A stretch of DNA of 57,153 nucleotides from Candidatus Omnitrophota bacterium. Its GTDB lineage: Bacteria; Omnitrophota; Gorgyraeia; 2-01-FULL-45-10. The notes under the pieces are model-generated. The model searched no databases, was not told the origin of the DNA, and was given only the letters and a program-made list of their open reading frames with translations. The translations under genes and the position numbers were made by a program. Below, one piece after another: positions 55,478 through 57,153 of this stretch (within the stretch, counting starts at the first letter, position 1; each line of letters opens with the position of its first letter). The stretch lies in NCBI GenBank assembly GCA_016935115.1, contig JAFGRN010000002.1, positions 69,748-126,900 on the forward strand, given 5' to 3'.

Positions 55478-56773
55478 TTATCTCCTCCCCATACCTGTGT
55501 ATGTAAAACCCAGTTTCTTGACCTCCGCAGGTTCGTATATATTCCTGCCATCTACCATGGCAGGCTGTTTCATAAGTCTTTTGACCTTTTTAAGGTCGAG
55601 TTCCTTGAATTCACTCCATTCCGTGGCGATAACCAGGCAATCGCAATCTTTAACCGTATCATAAGCGTCCCGGCAGAATTTAACGCTCTTCTTTAATATC
55701 CGGCGGGCCTTACCCATCGCGATCGGATCATACACTTTGATCTTCACTCCCTGCTGGCGCAGCATGGTAATGATATCAAGCGCCGGGGCATAACGAAGAT
55801 CATCTGTATCCGGCTTAAATGACAGCCCAAGTATGCCGACCGTCTTTCCCGGGAGGTTCCAGGTTATGCCCTCTATCTTCCTTATGAGCGCCAGTTTCTG
55901 GGACTCATTTATCTTCTCAACTTCTTTCAAAAGCCCGAAATCGTAACCCGCCTTCTCCGATATTCTTATAAAGGCGGCAAGATCCTTCGGAAAGCAGAAA
56001 CCTCCAAAACCGAGCCCGGCATTGAGAAACTTATCGCCTATTCTCTTGTCGAGGCCTATTCCTTTCGCCACTTCTGCCACATCGGCATTCAGCCTGTCAC
56101 AGATATTGGAGATAGCGTTTATGAACGAGATCTTCATGGCAAGGAACGAATTCGCGGCGTGTTTGATTATCTCGGCGGATTTTATATCGGTAACCAGTAT
56201 GGGGGCATTGAGCGGGCCGTATAGGGTGCGCAGAATGTCCGCGGCTTTCTTCGAGCTCACTCCCAGCACCACGCGATCGGGGTTCATGAAGTCCTCTATC
56301 GCCGTGCCTTCGCGCAGGAATTCCGGATTCGAAGCTACATCAAACTTCACCCTGCGCTTATTAAATATCTTTATCGTACGCTCAACCCATTCGCCCGTAT
56401 TGACCGGCACCGTGGACTTCTCAATGACAAGTTTGTAGGACGTCATAGAGAGCGCTATCTCTCTCGAAACATGCTCTACCGATGAAAGATCCGCTTCGCC
56501 GTTATCCCTTGGAGGGGTGCCAACGGCTATGAATATGATCTCCGACTTCCTGACCGCTTCTTTTATGTCAGTGGTGAAAAAGAGCCTGCCTTTCCTTACG
56601 TTGCGCCTGACCAGTTCGGATAGCCCCGGCTCATAGATGGGCATGATCCCGGACTTAAGCTTCTTGACCTTTGTTTTATCATTATCGACGCATATGACCG
56701 TATTGCCAAGTTCGGCAAAGCATGCGCCGGTGACCAGGCCTACATAACCGGATCCGATTACGGAAATCTTCAT
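55478..56773 (-). CDS. ugd: UDP-glucose 6-dehydrogenase
   Basis: IGSGYVGLV, PIYEPGL, FIAVGTP, KSTVPV, SNPEFLREG, GFGGFCFPKD, FKPDTDD.R; AGGAGG RBS. Confidence 0.95.
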   Translation of the reverse strand: MKISVIGSGYVGLVTGACFAELGNTVICVDNDKTKVKKLKSGIMPIYEPGLSELVRRNVRKGRLFFTTDIKEAVRKSEIIFIAVGTPPRDNGEADLSSVEHVSREIALSMTSYKLVIEKSTVPVNTGEWVERTIKIFNKRRVKFDVASNPEFLREGTAIEDFMNPDRVVLGVSSKKAADILRTLYGPLNAPILVTDIKSAEIIKHAANSFLAMKISFINAISNICDRLNADVAEVAKGIGLDKRIGDKFLNAGLGFGGFCFPKDLAAFIRISEKAGYDFGLLKEVEKINESQKLALIRKIEGITWNLPGKTVGILGLSFKPDTDDLRYAPALDIITMLRQQGVKIKVYDPIAMGKARRILKKSVKFCRDAYDTVKDCDCLVIATEWSEFKELDLKKVKRLMKQPAMVDGRNIYEPAEVKKLGFTYTGMGRR

Positions 56774-56800
56774 TATCGGGGTACCTCCTGATAGGGGCAG

Positions 56801-56830
56801 ATTATATCATAATAATAATATATAGCGCAA
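56801..56830 (-). promoter_or_regulatory. Sigma70-like promoter P1 at the head of the cluster
   Basis: Minus strand TTGCGC-N18-TATAAT with extended -10 (TGa), 28 bp upstream of the ugd ATG. Confidence 0.65.
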
Positions 56831-56894
56831 GAAGTAAGTCGGAAGGCAAAAATATCCTCACCTCCTTATCTTCCCATCGTCAGCCATAATCCTC

Positions 56895-57080
56895 GTTATG
56901 TTCGCACTGAAAATATCTCCCCTGCACTCAAAGCTGCAGGGCCGGTCTTTTGTTCAGGATAAAAAGGGGAACCTGCGGAACTCGGCCACTTGGAAGTGGC
57001 CTCATCCTCCTACGCCTTCAACACTTAGATTGTATGAGACTTCGGAGGACGCCTACAGTAATACTGCTGCGACATCCTCG
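56895..57080 (-). ncRNA. Candidate 6S RNA (SsrS-like rod with central bubble)
   Basis: About 180 nt whose ends pair (AUGUCGCA / UGCGAACAU), with further stems (AGUAUU/GAUAUU, CUGUAGG/CCUGCAG, CCG-GUCU/AGAC-CGG), a central bubble (CAUACAAUC.. opposite ..CCUGAAC) and an apical GGCCACUU/AAGUGGCC hairpin. G-U wobbles favour the minus strand. Confidence 0.5.
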
Positions 57081-57153
57081 GTTCTTTTTAACCCTTTTTA
57101 TCCTTCTCAAAAGACCTGATATTTTCAATGTGCTCACTATAACTTCGGATCAT

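Noticed and set aside
194-56438. Many plus-strand ORFs, some long (1177..2028, 7292..8023, 18925..19668, 33598..34476, 46318..46959)
   Set aside because: All lie antisense to well-supported minus-strand genes and show no recognisable motifs; they are typical shadow ORFs.
56930-57075. Possible cobalamin riboswitch (ACTGTA, GCCACT, GGGAAG fragments), tempting given the B12 enzymes
   Set aside because: The core AGGGAA..GGTG.AA.TCC..CCC.C.ACTGT arrangement is absent; a single long rod fits better.
56898-57119. 73-aa plus-strand ORF
   Set aside because: No motifs or convincing RBS; it overlaps the structured RNA candidate that explains the sequence better.
1-57153. CRISPR arrays, tRNA/rRNA genes, transposases, integrases
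   Set aside because: None seen: no regularly spaced repeats, cloverleafs or recombinase motifs, and coding density leaves no room.

Overview
The whole window is one co-oriented (minus-strand), tightly packed surface-glycan biosynthesis locus: 52 complete CDSs plus a truncated rfbH at the left edge that the ORF track missed. It encodes nucleotide-sugar pathways for UDP-GlcA/xylose/4-keto-pentose, dTDP-rhamnose, UDP-HexNAcA, GDP-6-deoxy-C-methyl-hexose and CDP-3,6-dideoxy/branched hexose, plus one Wzx flippase. The tailoring content is very large: 7 cobalamin-binding-domain radical SAM enzymes, 2 radical SAM/SPASM-Twitch enzymes, 10 class I SAM methyltransferase domains, 3 DegT aminotransferases, 4 polyprenyl-phosphate-type GT2s and about 5 GT-C-type membrane proteins. 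These recur as GT2 + methyltransferase + B12-radical-SAM modules, suggesting an uncharacterised radical-SAM glycan-tailoring system (inference). Other observations: sigma70-like promoters about 20 kb apart, an AT-rich cassette near 39-46 kb, a split GT-C-like protein with its halves in reversed order, a palindromic element inserted in frame in an epimerase, an intergenic RPE-like palindrome, and a 6S-RNA-like rod upstream. No tRNA, rRNA, CRISPR array or transposase was seen. The plus-strand ORFs look like antisense shadows. Family calls come from motifs read by eye, not database searches. The host looks like a mid-GC, probably anaerobic bacterium; Omnitrophota/PVC-like is only an impression.
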